Assembly (NCBI RefSeq): GCF_009834535.1 | Contig: NC_045696.1 | Coordinates: forward strand, 60,824,001-60,888,000 | Length of the DNA stretch: 64,000 nt | Reading direction: 5' to 3' | DNA from: Camelus ferus | Taxonomy: Eukaryota | In this document: positions 12,089 through 24,289 of the stretch, one piece after another | Numbering within the stretch: position 1 is the stretch's first letter | Layout: every line of letters starts with the position of its first letter | Notes under the pieces: generated by a model | Databases searched by the model: none | Seen by the model: only the letters and a program-made list of their open reading frames with translations | Told to the model about the DNA's origin: nothing | Position numbers and translations under genes: made by a program

Positions 12089-12277
12089 GTTCTCATTTTG
12101 TTTTTTCTTGCAGTCTTCTGTTACTTCATTTTAAACCTAAATAATGGATTGCTGGAGATAAGCAGCAATCTGTTTCTGAGAGCAAACAGAAACAACATTA
12201 AGTAGTTAAGTTCCCATTCAGACAGTACTGAGTTTGAATGCTCCTCTGCCATTTACTATTTGTGCGGCCATGGCAAG

Positions 12278-12697
12278 TGTGATAGTCTGTCTTCTGAGAG
12301 ATAGATGCCAAGATGAGATTATCAAGGCAAAGATTTTATCAGGGAAACACCTCTGTGAGAGAAAATGGGGAGGGAGCCTTTGGACTCACTGCTGGACTGA
12401 CCTTAAGTGAAGGAGAGGGAAGGATGGGTGGAAGAGACTGCCCTGCAGTCTAAGGATGGTTTGGCAAGGTCATCAGGGAGCCCTTGAGCCGAAGTCAATC
12501 ACCAGGGAAGTCCCGGATCTCCCAGGAAGGGACTGCCTTATCACTGTTGCACTCAAAAACTGGCTGGGATCTGTGAGTGGGAAGTGTGGCCTCAGAGCAT
12601 ACACAGTGAAGAAGTTCAGAGCCTAGAGCTGGGACCCTTGTTTGCTTACATTCCCTGTAGTTGGAGGCCTATGAGGCACGTTCTCACATCCTCCACA
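12278..12697. mobile_element. Solo LTR (ERVL, LTR16-like) nested in a MIR
   Basis: TG...CA termini with 5-bp TSD GCAAG (12273-12277, 12698-12702). The flanks join into a MIR core. Confidence 0.78.
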
Positions 12698-12929
12698 GCA
12701 AGTTACTGCCGGTCTCCACGCACATTTTCCTCATCTGTAAAATAGGGGTAATGGTGGAGACTGCTTCATGAAGTTATTGAGAGGTGCTCAGAATAGCAAG
12801 GATTCCTCTTTTGCCCATTCCTTTTTCTCTTCCTCTTAGCTTTTTCAGCAGCAGCTATTTTAGATACAACACCAATAAGCCAGAAAATCCTCCTCCAATT
12901 TGCTAAAACAAATCAGTCTTTTTTAAAGT

Positions 12930-13104
12930 TACAGAAAGTGTGCTCCACGGACCAGCACCATTAGCATCACCTGGGAACTTGTTAGAGATGCAGATTCCAG
13001 GGTCCATCCCAGACTGACTGGATCAGGATCTCTGGGGTAGAACCCAGGAATCATTTTTTAACCTTGAGGACATCCTTGTGCACACTGAATTTTGAGAAGC
13101 ACTG
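12930..13104. mobile_element. MER5A-like hAT MITE (similar copy ~36590-36740 in the LRCH3 3'UTR)
   Basis: 'agcatcacctgggaacttgttagagatgcagattc..ttttgagaagcactg'. Confidence 0.75.
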
Positions 13105-13135
13105 ATCTAAACACCCATTATTCTTATTCTTCTAG

Positions 13136-13217
13136 GGAGGAAAGTGGAAGGAAAAAGATAAAAGCTCTTCAAAAACAGCTACTTAATGTCAAAAAAGAAC
13201 GGCAAGTTGAAGTACAG
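13136..13217 (+). CDS. IQCG: IQCG coding exon 5
   Basis: ttcttctag|G GAG GAA. Encodes [27 protein letters not shown]. Donor CAG|gtaaga. Confidence 0.95.
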
Positions 13218-14292
13218 GTAAGAATTATCTGGGCAACACCAAAAGTTACTGAGCTAAAACAAAACAACTAAATAGAAGTCATTCTTTTCCACCAAAAAAA
13301 AAAAAAAAAAAGTTATGTATAAGAAATTGTTGTTTATCCTAGGGTACCTTTACTATTGAAAATATAAGGAGAGTAACTAGATATTTGGCCTGGAATATAC
13401 AAATATGTCCAGAATAGAACTCTGGGAGACTCCAACCCTCTGGAGTTCTTAGTCTGTTCTTATCCCTCCCAACCCATCCAGCCACATCGCCCACCCCTTC
13501 CCTTCAGGAGACCTTGTCTCAGGCAGCCTCCCACGTGCCGAGATCCCAGATGGGAGGCTGTAGTCCTAGGTAGGACGTTAAGCACATTACAAACCTCCTT
13601 ATATGGGATGGTTAGGGTTAATAATGTCATTTGTATTGTATTTGAAGTACAGAGTGGATTTACTGAGTTTTTATGGTCTTTACAACCTAACTTTATATCC
13701 AATTTACTTCTATAAGAAAATGCATCCTAAATTTTAAGCGACTTGCAAAATAATGTTTGGGCTACAATGTAAGCAGTTAGAAATTAGTACTATTAGGATA
13801 ACTAACACTATTAGCAGTTTAGAAAGTTACAAAGTATAGCCTAATAACAGCTTTTCACCGCCTAGTTATTTGGACAAATGTATGCTTCAGATTAGGGAAT
13901 CTTTATTACTCCCTACATAGAAGTTGGAGGAATATTTGAAAAATATATTTGGAAAATATTGTCTGAAAAAGCCTTTCTTCTGAGACATTATCTTTAGGTA
14001 TTCTGAACAAATTGCTTAACATCTTTTCTTATTTTCTATTATCATTTTTAAAATACATTTGGTATTGATTTTACCTTATTATCCCTATTACCTTTGTTTA
14101 TAGCTTACATTTTTTGAAAACCATTTCTGTGCCATACCCCTCCAAAGCTTCATAAAAACTGGTGTGCATTTAGGTTTTCTCTCTAATGAATAGACTTTTC
14201 CAGAAGTTTCTTAGCTTTTTTCCCCTCAAAAGCTCTACTATTACTTAAACATTTCTCTTGCATGCCTTGACTGTTAAAATAGAAGATACTTA

Positions 14293-14436
14293 GGGGGGGG
14301 AGGGTATAGCTCAAGCAGTAGAGTGCATACTTAGCATGCACAATGTCCTAGGTTCAATCCCCAGTACCTCCTCTAAAAATAAATAAATGAATAAACCTAA
14401 TTACCTCTCCCCTCAAAAACAACAAACAAACAGAAA
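14293..14436 (+). mobile_element. tRNA-derived SINE (Vic-1-like)
   Basis: A/B boxes (TAGCTCAAGCAG, GGTTCAATCC). TSD AGAAGATACTTA at 14281 and 14437. Confidence 0.88.
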
Positions 14437-16977
14437 AGAAGATACTTATATTAATTTCCTTTTAATGCACCAAACCAAATAGTATCAGAAGAAACCTCAG
14501 CTTTGGCACTCTGCCAGTTAACACCCCCCTGCTACCATGACAGCTACTTTTCTCTTTCTTTAAAGATTTATTGACAATAAATTTTCCAGACAACAGGTAA
14601 CACTTTCTTGTGAAACTTACCTTCCTGGATTACAGTCTCAGCTGTTACATGCAGGCACAGTAAAACAAAAGTAGAATATCACTCATATTTTGATCATTAG
14701 CAAAGGAATAGGTAAACCAAGACTAGAAGATCTAAGACAAATCTTGAACAAAAAAACAGCTATCAAGATGAAATCAAGTTAAATCCCCAGAGTTACTAAA
14801 AAACCAGTGGTCAAATCAAGGTTGGAAAACAAGAAGACAGGAAGTACATGGATACTAGAGACCTGTGGGTCAGAAAATGATGCCAGGAATTAGGATGCCA
14901 GGCAGGTCTGTGTGTGTGAAAGTGTCTGTGGAGATCACTGGAATATGAGGGAGCAACTTCCTTATGAGCTTCTTACTGAGTCCCCAGGCAAAATGACACA
15001 GTCACAAAGTAAAAATATCAGGTTGCTATTAGACTTCCAAATATCAGCATACAAAGTCAGATAACAGTAGAGTAGTATTTTCATGAAACTAATGGGGGGA
15101 AAAAGAAAGAAAACCAAGGTCAATATATAAAAATTAACTTATCTTTTCTATACATCAGCAGTAGACTTAGAAAAAGAAATTGAATACACACACACACAGA
15201 CACACACACATACATATACATATATATTTAAGCTCATTTGTCATCAGGGAAATGCAAATTGAAACCACAAGGAGACACAATTATCTTTCCATTAGGTTAA
15301 CTACTTTTGGTATATTAATATTATATTTGGTATTAATTTATAATACCAAATGGTGACAATGTGGTATAATGAGAACTCTAATCCACTAATACTGAGCATT
15401 TATATTGGTACTACCACTCTGGAAAAAGTCTAACAAAGCATATTAGTTACTAGGCATACCCAATGCCCCAGCAGCTGTACTCAATCGAATCTGTGTGCAT
15501 GTACAAAAGTGATCAAAAAAGCATTATCTGTGATAGCTATAAACGGAAAAAACCAAAAGGGTTATCGTACATTATGATATTCAGTAGAATACTAAAGTTA
15601 AAAAATCAATGAGCCATAGCTACCACATCACAAGTTTAATGTAGAGCAAAACAGTCCAGGCACAAAAAAAGACATACTGCACGATTCCATTTTTAGAAAG
15701 TTCAAAAAACTAAACTGTAATATTTAAGGATAAATGTTTAGATTATAAAACTATATAGAAAATTACTATAAAATTAAGGATAGTAGATAGTTTTGGGGAA
15801 GAGTGAGAGTAGTGATTGAGAAAGGATGTAAGGAGGAGTTCATGTCAATCCTGTTTCTTATCCTGGGAGGTTGTTCTGGGGGGTTTAGTTTATGATAACT
15901 GAGATATACATTTATTTTTGTGCACCTCTTTTTTTTCACACATACACAGAGTTTAAAAAAATGACATGTATGTTACATGTTAGAGCGAAGTACAGGGGGC
16001 TATGGATGCATAGAGGAAGGAGCTTTAACTTAGTCAAGGAAGGACTGCTGTAGAAACTATTTCAGCTGAAACTTAGAAGATATCTACAAGTTATCCAGGC
16101 GAAGAGGAGGAGAAGAATGTTTTAGGCAGAAGGAACAGGAAAACATGTTTGAAGATTTTATTAAGTCTTCTTGATGAATTGACTCTTATTATAAAATATT
16201 CCTATGTGTGGTAGTACTCTTTGCCTTAAAGTATACTTTCTCTGATACACCACTCTTTTGTTCTTATGCTACTGTTTGCATGGTACATATGGAAAACAGA
16301 AGGTACTACATCATGTTCACTGTTTATAAGGTTATACAACACTGGTCTGCAATTACACTGTGCCAAGTTGAAGGCATCTAGTTTTAATGCTGTTGGTGTG
16401 GGCCTCTGATTACTCTGATTCCTGCCTGTACTACTGTTCTGTACAAATGTATGGCCTTCTTTGGTGACAGCGTAGAAACAGAGGAGGATATAAAATGCTT
16501 ACAGTCTGTGATGGTAAAATCATGATCAAGTCATAGTAATAAGTGAACTGAAGTGGCATTCTGTTTTTTCATCTTCTGAGCAGGCAACAAAGATCCAGCC
16601 TAGAAACAGTGGGTTATAGGCCCGAGATCTTCAGTTGTATGAACTCCTTTTAAGATTCTCACTAAGAAAAGATCTGCCTTCACCATCACCCACCATTCTA
16701 ACCCTGTCAGTGGTGTCTGGAACTTTCTTCATGATCAAAGTCTGTGGACTGATGCAGCATATTTGTGGGTTTTCATAGCAGACCAAACTTTACTTCCAAA
16801 TCCCCAAACTGCCTTCAGAGCTAGACTTTTGGACTTGTTATTTGAATTCAGAGATGATTCAAATGATTTAGCATGATTTAGTAATGGAAAGAAGTAGTTA
16901 GCCAATTAGAGTTAATAAGGCTCTGATGGCTGCCACAATACTGTGAGCCAAAGGCTTTTAATGGTAGTGTCTGTTTT

Positions 16978-17116
16978 GTTTGTTTGTTTGTTTTGCAGGG
17001 GAGGTAATTAGTTTTACTTATTTATTTATTTTTTTGGAGGAGGTACTGGGGGTTGAACCCGGGACCTCGTGCATGCTTAAGCATGTGCTCTACCACTTGA
17101 GCTGTACCCTTCCCCT
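16978..17116 (-). mobile_element. tRNA-derived SINE (Vic-1-like)
   Basis: Same family. TSD TGGTAGTGTCTGTTTT at 16962 and 17117. Confidence 0.88.
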
Positions 17117-18530
17117 TGGTAGTGTCTGTTTTCATAATTGAACACAAAGTAGGGAAGAGAATACTGGTCCCTGGAATTATTAGAAACTAGAGAAGTTGGA
17201 ACTTATCTTATACCTCAGGCTGCCTCTTTGGTTGGATGGAAAAAGGAAAATGGAAATGTGGTCTATTAAAGTGACAAAAGTCAGAAAATAATACAGTTCT
17301 GTATTAAATTAACATTTATATTTGTCTGCCTGTCTGTGACTAAGAATACTGGATGATTCTGTAACAGTCCATGAATAAACTCTAAGCTAAACAGTGTATC
17401 CCATTCTAAAATGCAGAGGAAGCATAGTCAAATCCAAACTTCTAAAGTTCCAGGCTCGAATTCCACCCACTGTTTTCATTGCTATTTGAACTGTTCCCTT
17501 TCCAATCATACCAGTTTCCTCTTTTCTTTCCTTTTGTAATAAAATTCCCACATACTTCACTGTCTTGGATGATCTCTTCTGAGTAAACTCCTTCTTATAT
17601 GTGATGCCTAAAACTGTACACACTATTACGGATGTCTAACCACAAGAGAGGATGGGGGTAGTTTTCCCCCTGTTATATAAACACTATACAGTGCCACACA
17701 CTGCAGTAATCTAAACAAAGGGGAAGCACTCCAAATGCTTTTCACAGTATTGTATGGCAATATGCTGTCACGATTGTGGAGATTTTGATGACAAATCCTG
17801 AAGAAGCACAGGGAAAGGAAGACTCTGGGAAGTCTAAAGAACACAGGGGAAGGCAGGCACCTTTTTATGATGCTGCTACTACAGCAACCAGCGGTGGGAC
17901 CCTAACCTCAGGTACTCATGTTAGAACCTGGGTAATCTCCTAATGAAACTGTCGAAGACAAGTTAGGCCTTCACAATCCTCAACTTGTAAGATTCTTCTA
18001 ACCAAAATTAGGACTTTAGTTTCACCTTTGCTTCTTCTTGGAGTCAGTTCAATATTCAAATAATCAACAGGATTTTGAATTCTGATGTCTCTTACATATC
18101 AAATATCAGGTTTAAGTTGCTTGCAAATTTAACAAGCATGTTTTCTATACCTGTATTTAATTATTTAATCCATTTTGGAGCCTAGAGATCATCACAGTCA
18201 TCTCAACCTGTTCTCTTTGGTTCTCTCTCTGTATCTGGCCAAAAAAAGGAAATTAGAGTCATCAAAGAATGCAGAAAGCTGAGGGGCTGAGTGGAGAAAA
18301 CAGCCAGGTAACATGCAAAAATTAGCAATAGTGTGGGCCAGAGAAAAAACAAAAGTATGGCTGGAAGGGTGGAGCAGTTCAAGAATGTTATAATATCATG
18401 CAAAACTTCCAGGGTAGCACTGAGCTTTTCAAAGTACAGTCAATGACCATAGATGGCAGTGGGGCTGCTGAATGAAGAACAAAAGGATGAAGATTTAGTA
18501 GTGTTATAGTTGGCTTAGGGCCATCCAGTC

Positions 18531-18568
18531 TATTAGCACCACGCTCTAACCAACTGAGCTAACTGGCC
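18531..18568 (-). pseudogene. Tailless retrocopy of the 5' half of tRNA-Ile(AAT)
   Basis: Minus strand GGCCAGTTAGCTCAGTTGGTTAGAGCGTGGTGCTAATA matches the 5' 38 nt of tRNA-Ile-AAT as I recall it, with one CpG-type change, and ends just after the anticodon. Flanked by the direct repeat TAGGGCCATCCAGTCTA at 18516-18532 and 18573-18589. Confidence 0.88.
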
Positions 18569-19616
18569 AGGATAGGGCCATCCAGTCTAGACATTCACGT
18601 GAACCCAGGTCTAAGAAACAAATTTCCATGATTAGCCCCTGCCAAGGAGAAGGCACAAAATGCTCTTGCTCCATCAGTAAAATATAGTAGGTCAGTATAA
18701 CCGTCAAAGACAAGAGTTTGCACTCAAAATCATTGAGCACCATTGGGAAGATCCCTCTCACTGTTGCCATAAGATTTTAGGGTTCCAGGACATCCAGTTT
18801 TGTGCCCTTTGGCTCCTTGTATAACCAGTCAAAATGAGTAGGGATGGATTCATATCCTTCATGGTTACTGTATCTAACCTCAATAATCATGGCAAAGCTG
18901 AAGTAAGTGAAGGACTCTTTTAACAGCCAACCTTCTCCTTGAAGGCTCAGGCTTCTAACTTAGAAAAAATTCTCTCTCTCTCTCTCTTTCCCCCTTCCCT
19001 CCCTCCCTATCTCTTATTTCCAGTTGTCTAGCATTCAAAATGTAAGGGAAATGAGAATTCCTAGGCCCAATGGGGCAATAACTCCTTTTTGGTGTCCTGT
19101 TTTGAGAATCTCTCCCCAGTGCTATATACCTCAGTGACATCTCCAGCGCTGGAAAGGTTTCTTATACATGCTGGACACAGTGGGATGAGGTAAGGGCAAC
19201 TACTTTAAGAAACTAGATCAGCATAAAGTCATGGGTCAGTTCTGCCTCAGGACTTGAGCATACACTTTTCCTTTTTCTTAGAATTCCCCTTGACCCCACT
19301 TTTCATATGACTGACATACTTACCCTTTAGGTGTCAGAGAATCTGTTTTTGGACCATCCAATCCAATGCAGATCTCCGTTGTTATTTTCTCTCATAGCCT
19401 GTTGCCCTTTTCTTTCACAGCATTTTGCACATTTAAAAAAGTTTATACATATTTGTTTCCTTTTAACCACATCTTTCCCACTAGATTGTAAGCTCTATAG
19501 GGGCAAAGACCATCTGTATTTATATCTTTATTATTTACCTAGTGTCTAGTTCAATGCCTGATACTGAGTAAGTATTTTTTAAGTGAATTTTGAGATCTTA
19601 AAATTGCCAAGCACTT

Positions 19617-20357
19617 ATTATCAAAAGGGCAAGATAAAACAAGTGTTGGCGAGGGTATGGAGAAAAGGGAACCCTTTGTACTGTTGGTGGGAATGTAAAT
19701 TGACGCAGCCACTATGGAAAACACCATGGAGATTCTTCAAAAATTTACGAATAGAACTACCATTTGATCTAGTGATTCTACTTCTGGGTATTTATCCAAA
19801 GAACAAGAAAACCCTAATTCAAAAAGATATATGTACCCCTATGTTCATTACAGCATTATTCATATAGACAAGATATGGAAACAACCTAAGTGTCCATCAA
19901 CAGATGAGTAGATAAAGATGTGGTATATATAGACAATGGTAATATATACAATGGAATACTGCCCAGCCATAAAAAAGATGAAATCTTGCCATTTGCAACA
20001 ACATGGATGGCCCTTGAGAGCATTATGCTAAGTGAAATAAGTCAGACAAAGACAAATACTATGTAATTTCACTCATATGTGGAATTTAAACAAACAAAAT
20101 AAAATAGATGAACAAACCGAAAAAAAAAAACAAAACCCAAACACATAGATACAGAGAATAGAGTAGTGGTTACCAGAGGGTGAAGGGGATGGGAGTGTGA
20201 AATGGGTAAAGGGGGTCAACTGTATGGTGACAGATGAAAACTAAACTTGGTGGTGAGCATGCTATGCTGTATACAGAAGTAGAAATATAATGTTGTACAC
20301 ATGAAACTTATACAATGTTATAAACCAATGTTACTTCAATTTAAAAAAAGAAAAGAC
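19617..20357 (+). mobile_element. 5'-truncated L1 (ORF2 C-terminus plus 3'UTR)
   Basis: Translates as L1 ORF2 end (CWWECKLTQPLWKT..LLLGIYPK..DICTPMFITALF). A-tail. TSD ATTGCCAAGCACTT at 19603 and 20358. Confidence 0.92.
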
Positions 20358-20853
20358 ATTGCCAAGCACTTTGTAACCTGCAAAGTGTTTTTTACACATA
20401 TTATTAGTTAATCCTTATAATTACTTGCTAGGATATTTCAGGCAGGGTAGCTATTAATGTTTCTTTCTATTTTAAAGAAGGTAAGACTTGGAGAGTTTAA
20501 CCAACTTGGCCAAATTCACACAGCTGGGGGGCTTGGGTGGGAAGTTAGGTCTTTTGATCATTTGGACCAGTGCTCTTTCTACCAAAATGAGATAGTACTG
20601 GGAAATCTGTGTAGCTACGGAGTACCCCAAGTATTGTACCTAGGAAAGAATTGCACAGTCCTGATGCTTAGAACTTCTTATCTGTCATTTTCATTCATAC
20701 TATCAATGATTGTTGGCTAAATTTCCCATAGTGTAATAGCAGAAGAATAAATCCTTGTTGATTTATAAACACAAAAGGTAAGCTTAAGCCACTGACTGAA
20801 CTGAATGGAGGTAGAACTTATTTTAATTTAGAAACCCGGTCTTACCTCTGCAG

Positions 20854-21015
20854 AGCCGGAATGAGTATATTGTTCACCTCAAGGACCAGTTGCAAGAGAT
20901 GAAGGCAAAAACCAACATGGAGAATCGCTATATGAAAAGAAATACTGAACTGCAGATTTCCCAGACCCAGAAAAAATGTAGCAAAACCGAGGAGCACTTG
21001 CTGGAAGAGATTGAG
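20854..21015 (+). CDS. IQCG: IQCG coding exon 6
   Basis: ctctgcag|AGC. Encodes [28 protein letters not shown]. Donor GAG|gtaatc. 162 nt. Confidence 0.95.
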
Positions 21016-22003
21016 GTAATCACTGTTAGGAAGGACCAGGTAAGACGGTGTTCGAGCTGGTGAACCTGATACTACCTCAGCCGACACAGGACGAGGGAGA
21101 GGGGGGCTTTCCTGAGCTTTGCTCTCTCTCTCTCCAGCAACCCTAACATTTGAGGTTAAAAACAAAAACAGAATGAGTACTTGCTTTTTTATGAGCAGAG
21201 ATTCTGATGGGCTGTGGCCTACATCTCTTGGGTTTTGGTAATGACTTTGAAAATTGGTTGTACTTTCTTCTCTTAGTCACTTAATCCTTATTTTATAAAA
21301 CCACTTGCCACTTCTCCTGGTAATTATAGGGAGAGGGCAAAACAAGAGACTCAGTAACTGCAGGTTTTTGCTGCTGCTTTCCTCACCCAACCAGTACTTT
21401 TTAACCCTCCATTAAGAAATACAAAATCTAAAGAGCTGCCCTTCATTCAACAGAAGTTAAGGAGTCATAGTAAAAGTATCAGGAGAAAGAAACAAGGGTA
21501 GGCCCTCATTAGAGGAGGGAAGCTAATTGGCTAAAAGAACAACAGGTCGGCGAGAAGGAGCAAACATCAGTAGGGTGTGTCATCTATGGGCAGGAGGACA
21601 CTTTTCTCTGAGCCCCCTGCGTATTTGAAAGTTTACTCCCTTAGTGCAGATTAAGGCTATGACAACAAACCTTTTTCTTACACTCTGGAATTTCCTTTTG
21701 TAGGCCTGAGAAACTTGAGCCCTTGAAGCATTGTTTCTCTCCTTAAATTGACATGACTTTCCAGGCAACATGATTATGGTCGTTTTGTTCTGGGCACTTG
21801 CCAGACCCGGCTCAGCCATGTTTTGAGCAGGAATTGAGTTGAATGGGAATGAAATTTTCACTCTGGAGCAATAATGTAGAATTCTTGGGGTCCCAGCTGG
21901 TAAAGAAAACCTGTGCTACTGTCACAGTGACACCTCTGATCTTGAGAACTCATTTCCAGCCCTGCTGGGAAGAATTCCTGATATTGGTTTATTGTTCCCA
22001 CAG

Positions 22004-22078
22004 AAACTGAGGTTGAAAACCGAAGAAGAGAACCGGATTCATGTGGAGATCGAAATGTTCCTTAGAAAGGAGCAGCAG
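22004..22078 (+). CDS. IQCG: IQCG coding exon 7
   Basis: cccacag|AAA. Encodes [25 protein letters not shown]. Donor CAG|gtgggt. Confidence 0.95.
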
Positions 22079-22914
22079 GTGGGTCACTAAAACTGACGTG
22101 TTTGTGTCCCCCTTGTTAAATACCAAAGGACAGAAAAAAAAAAATTTTTTTTTTCAAGGAAGAAAAATCAACTGTAATTCTACTAGCCTAATAAGTGAGC
22201 TGTATAAGCCCATGTTTTCTTTCCAAGTTATCTATCTGGATAAATATTTTAAAAAGCTGTAATTTGAGTACAGGTAAAATTTTGTCCTCTATGTTTATCA
22301 TTTAGCATTATATAAGAAACTGTTTTCTTGTTCCTATATTGCTTCATAGTCATAATTTTTAAGTAAATTTTATTGATTTATTAAACTGTAAAAGGCACAT
22401 ATTCTTATATGAGGGAAGATTTTCTAAAAGTTGCCAATTACTTTTTCACTCATTTTTTCATTTTATTATGGTCTCTTTGTAAAATAATTTTAAATGGTTT
22501 TATAATGTTCTATGGAATGGTTTTGCCATGGTTTGTTACTCTCTGTTTTGGATATTTGGATTTGGTTATTTCCTAAGTTTCATTATTATAAATAATGCAG
22601 TAGTGAAAGCTTTGTCCAAATAACTGTTTCCTCCATTGCAATTATTTACGAAAGTAAATCTCAAGCATGAGATTATTAATTCAGAGAGACTGGTACCTTG
22701 TGACTCTGGGTAAATATTGCCAATACTTTCTCCTTTACGCTGACATCAGCAACGTATGCAGATACTAATTTCAGGGTATCCTCAACAGAACCAGCTGTTT
22801 TAGATGTTTTTTTTAAAGTCTGCTAATGTAATGAGTTGTTTTATTTGCATTTTTTTGCCTACTATTAGAATTGACAATTTCCCTATGTATTTATTTACTC
22901 ATATTTTTAATTTT

Positions 22915-23140
22915 TAAATTAAAAAAAATTTTTTTGAAGTATAGTCAGTTTACAATGTTGTGTCAATTTCTGGTGTACAGCACAATGCTCCAGTCATACA
23001 TGAATATACATATATTCTTTTTCATATTCTTTTTCACCATAAGCTACTATATCGAATATAGTTCCCTGTGCTATACAGTATAAACTTGTTTATCTATTTT
23101 ATATATACCAGTCAGTATCTGCAAATCTCGAACTCCCAAT
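22915..23140 (-). mobile_element. Short L1 3'-end fragment (related copies ~24185-24245, 29160-29325, and 45335-45495 on +)
   Basis: Shares 'gaatatagttccctgtgctatacagta' and 'gtatctgcaaat' with the 3'UTR of the L1 at 58540. Confidence 0.75.
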
Positions 23141-24289
23141 TATTTAATTCATTTTACTTCTTCTTGTGTGAATTATATGTGACTGAAATGGTTTTAATTA
23201 GTATTTCCAATACTAATAACAAACCAAGGTGAATAGAGCCTTTCAAAATATCCCTGTTGGATGAATAAGGAAAAAATTTCCTTCTTATTCATGATATACC
23301 CTGCTTTTGAGAAAGCTAATGAATTTTCAGTAAACAAGTCTAAATTTATAGTTAAAGAAAAGAATTTCTAGATGCTATCTCACAGACCTTTAGTGAAAAA
23401 CAAATCAGTAGGCTATTAGAATCAGAGTTCTGTACCGCTGCAAATTAACAATTATGTCTCATGTTACCTGTTTCAAGTGTTAGAACATGGCAGGTATTTG
23501 ATAACAATCAGAGGAGTTGGTGGATAAATGGATGTTGGGTGAAGTCATTGTTCCCCAGATCTTCAGCCTAATAACACAAGCAGTGCATAATACTTTTAAT
23601 GAAAATTTTGAAACAGTATAGAAATATATAGATTTTAAGAAGTGAACACTCTCTTAATCACTCCCTTTTTCACAGATTTCTTCCATATCTTTTCTTCTCA
23701 TATATACACTTGTGTATGTACCTACTTACTTGTTTTTAGTTTTTATTTATTTATATTTGTTTTTGACATAAATTGGATTATACATTTTTTTGAGACACTG
23801 TTTTTCAAAAATTTGTCTTTAATGTTTTTTTTTAAAGCAGTACAATTGCTATAATATGCCATAAAGGGGATGCACCAAAATTTAGATAACCATCCTGTCA
23901 GTGGACCTGTCTCTAAGTGCATGGTATATGGAAAGGTTATTCATTTTCATATATTATTCTAGATTCCTTATGTCCTCTCATATTAGGTTTAATCGTTTTT
24001 CAGTTGATTCATTTGGATTTTCTAGGTAGAAAATCCTATTGACTGCAAATAATAACAATTTTATATTTTCCCTTTCATTATTTATATGTCTATTTCCATT
24101 ATGGGCTTATTGTGTAGACAGAATGTCAAGTGTAATGCTGATTAGTAGTAATGATAATGAGGCACTGTTTTTCTATTCTTAGGGTTTTTTTTAATTTTTA
24201 TTGAAGTGTAGTTGATTCACAATGTTAGTTTCAGGTGTACAGCATCTATTCTTAGTTTTAATGGTATTTTGGTCAGTATTACACATGAA

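Noticed and set aside
14293..14370. tRNA-like A/B-box sequences as real tRNA genes
   Set aside because: Diverged copies with A-tails and TSDs, so they are SINEs rather than tRNA genes.
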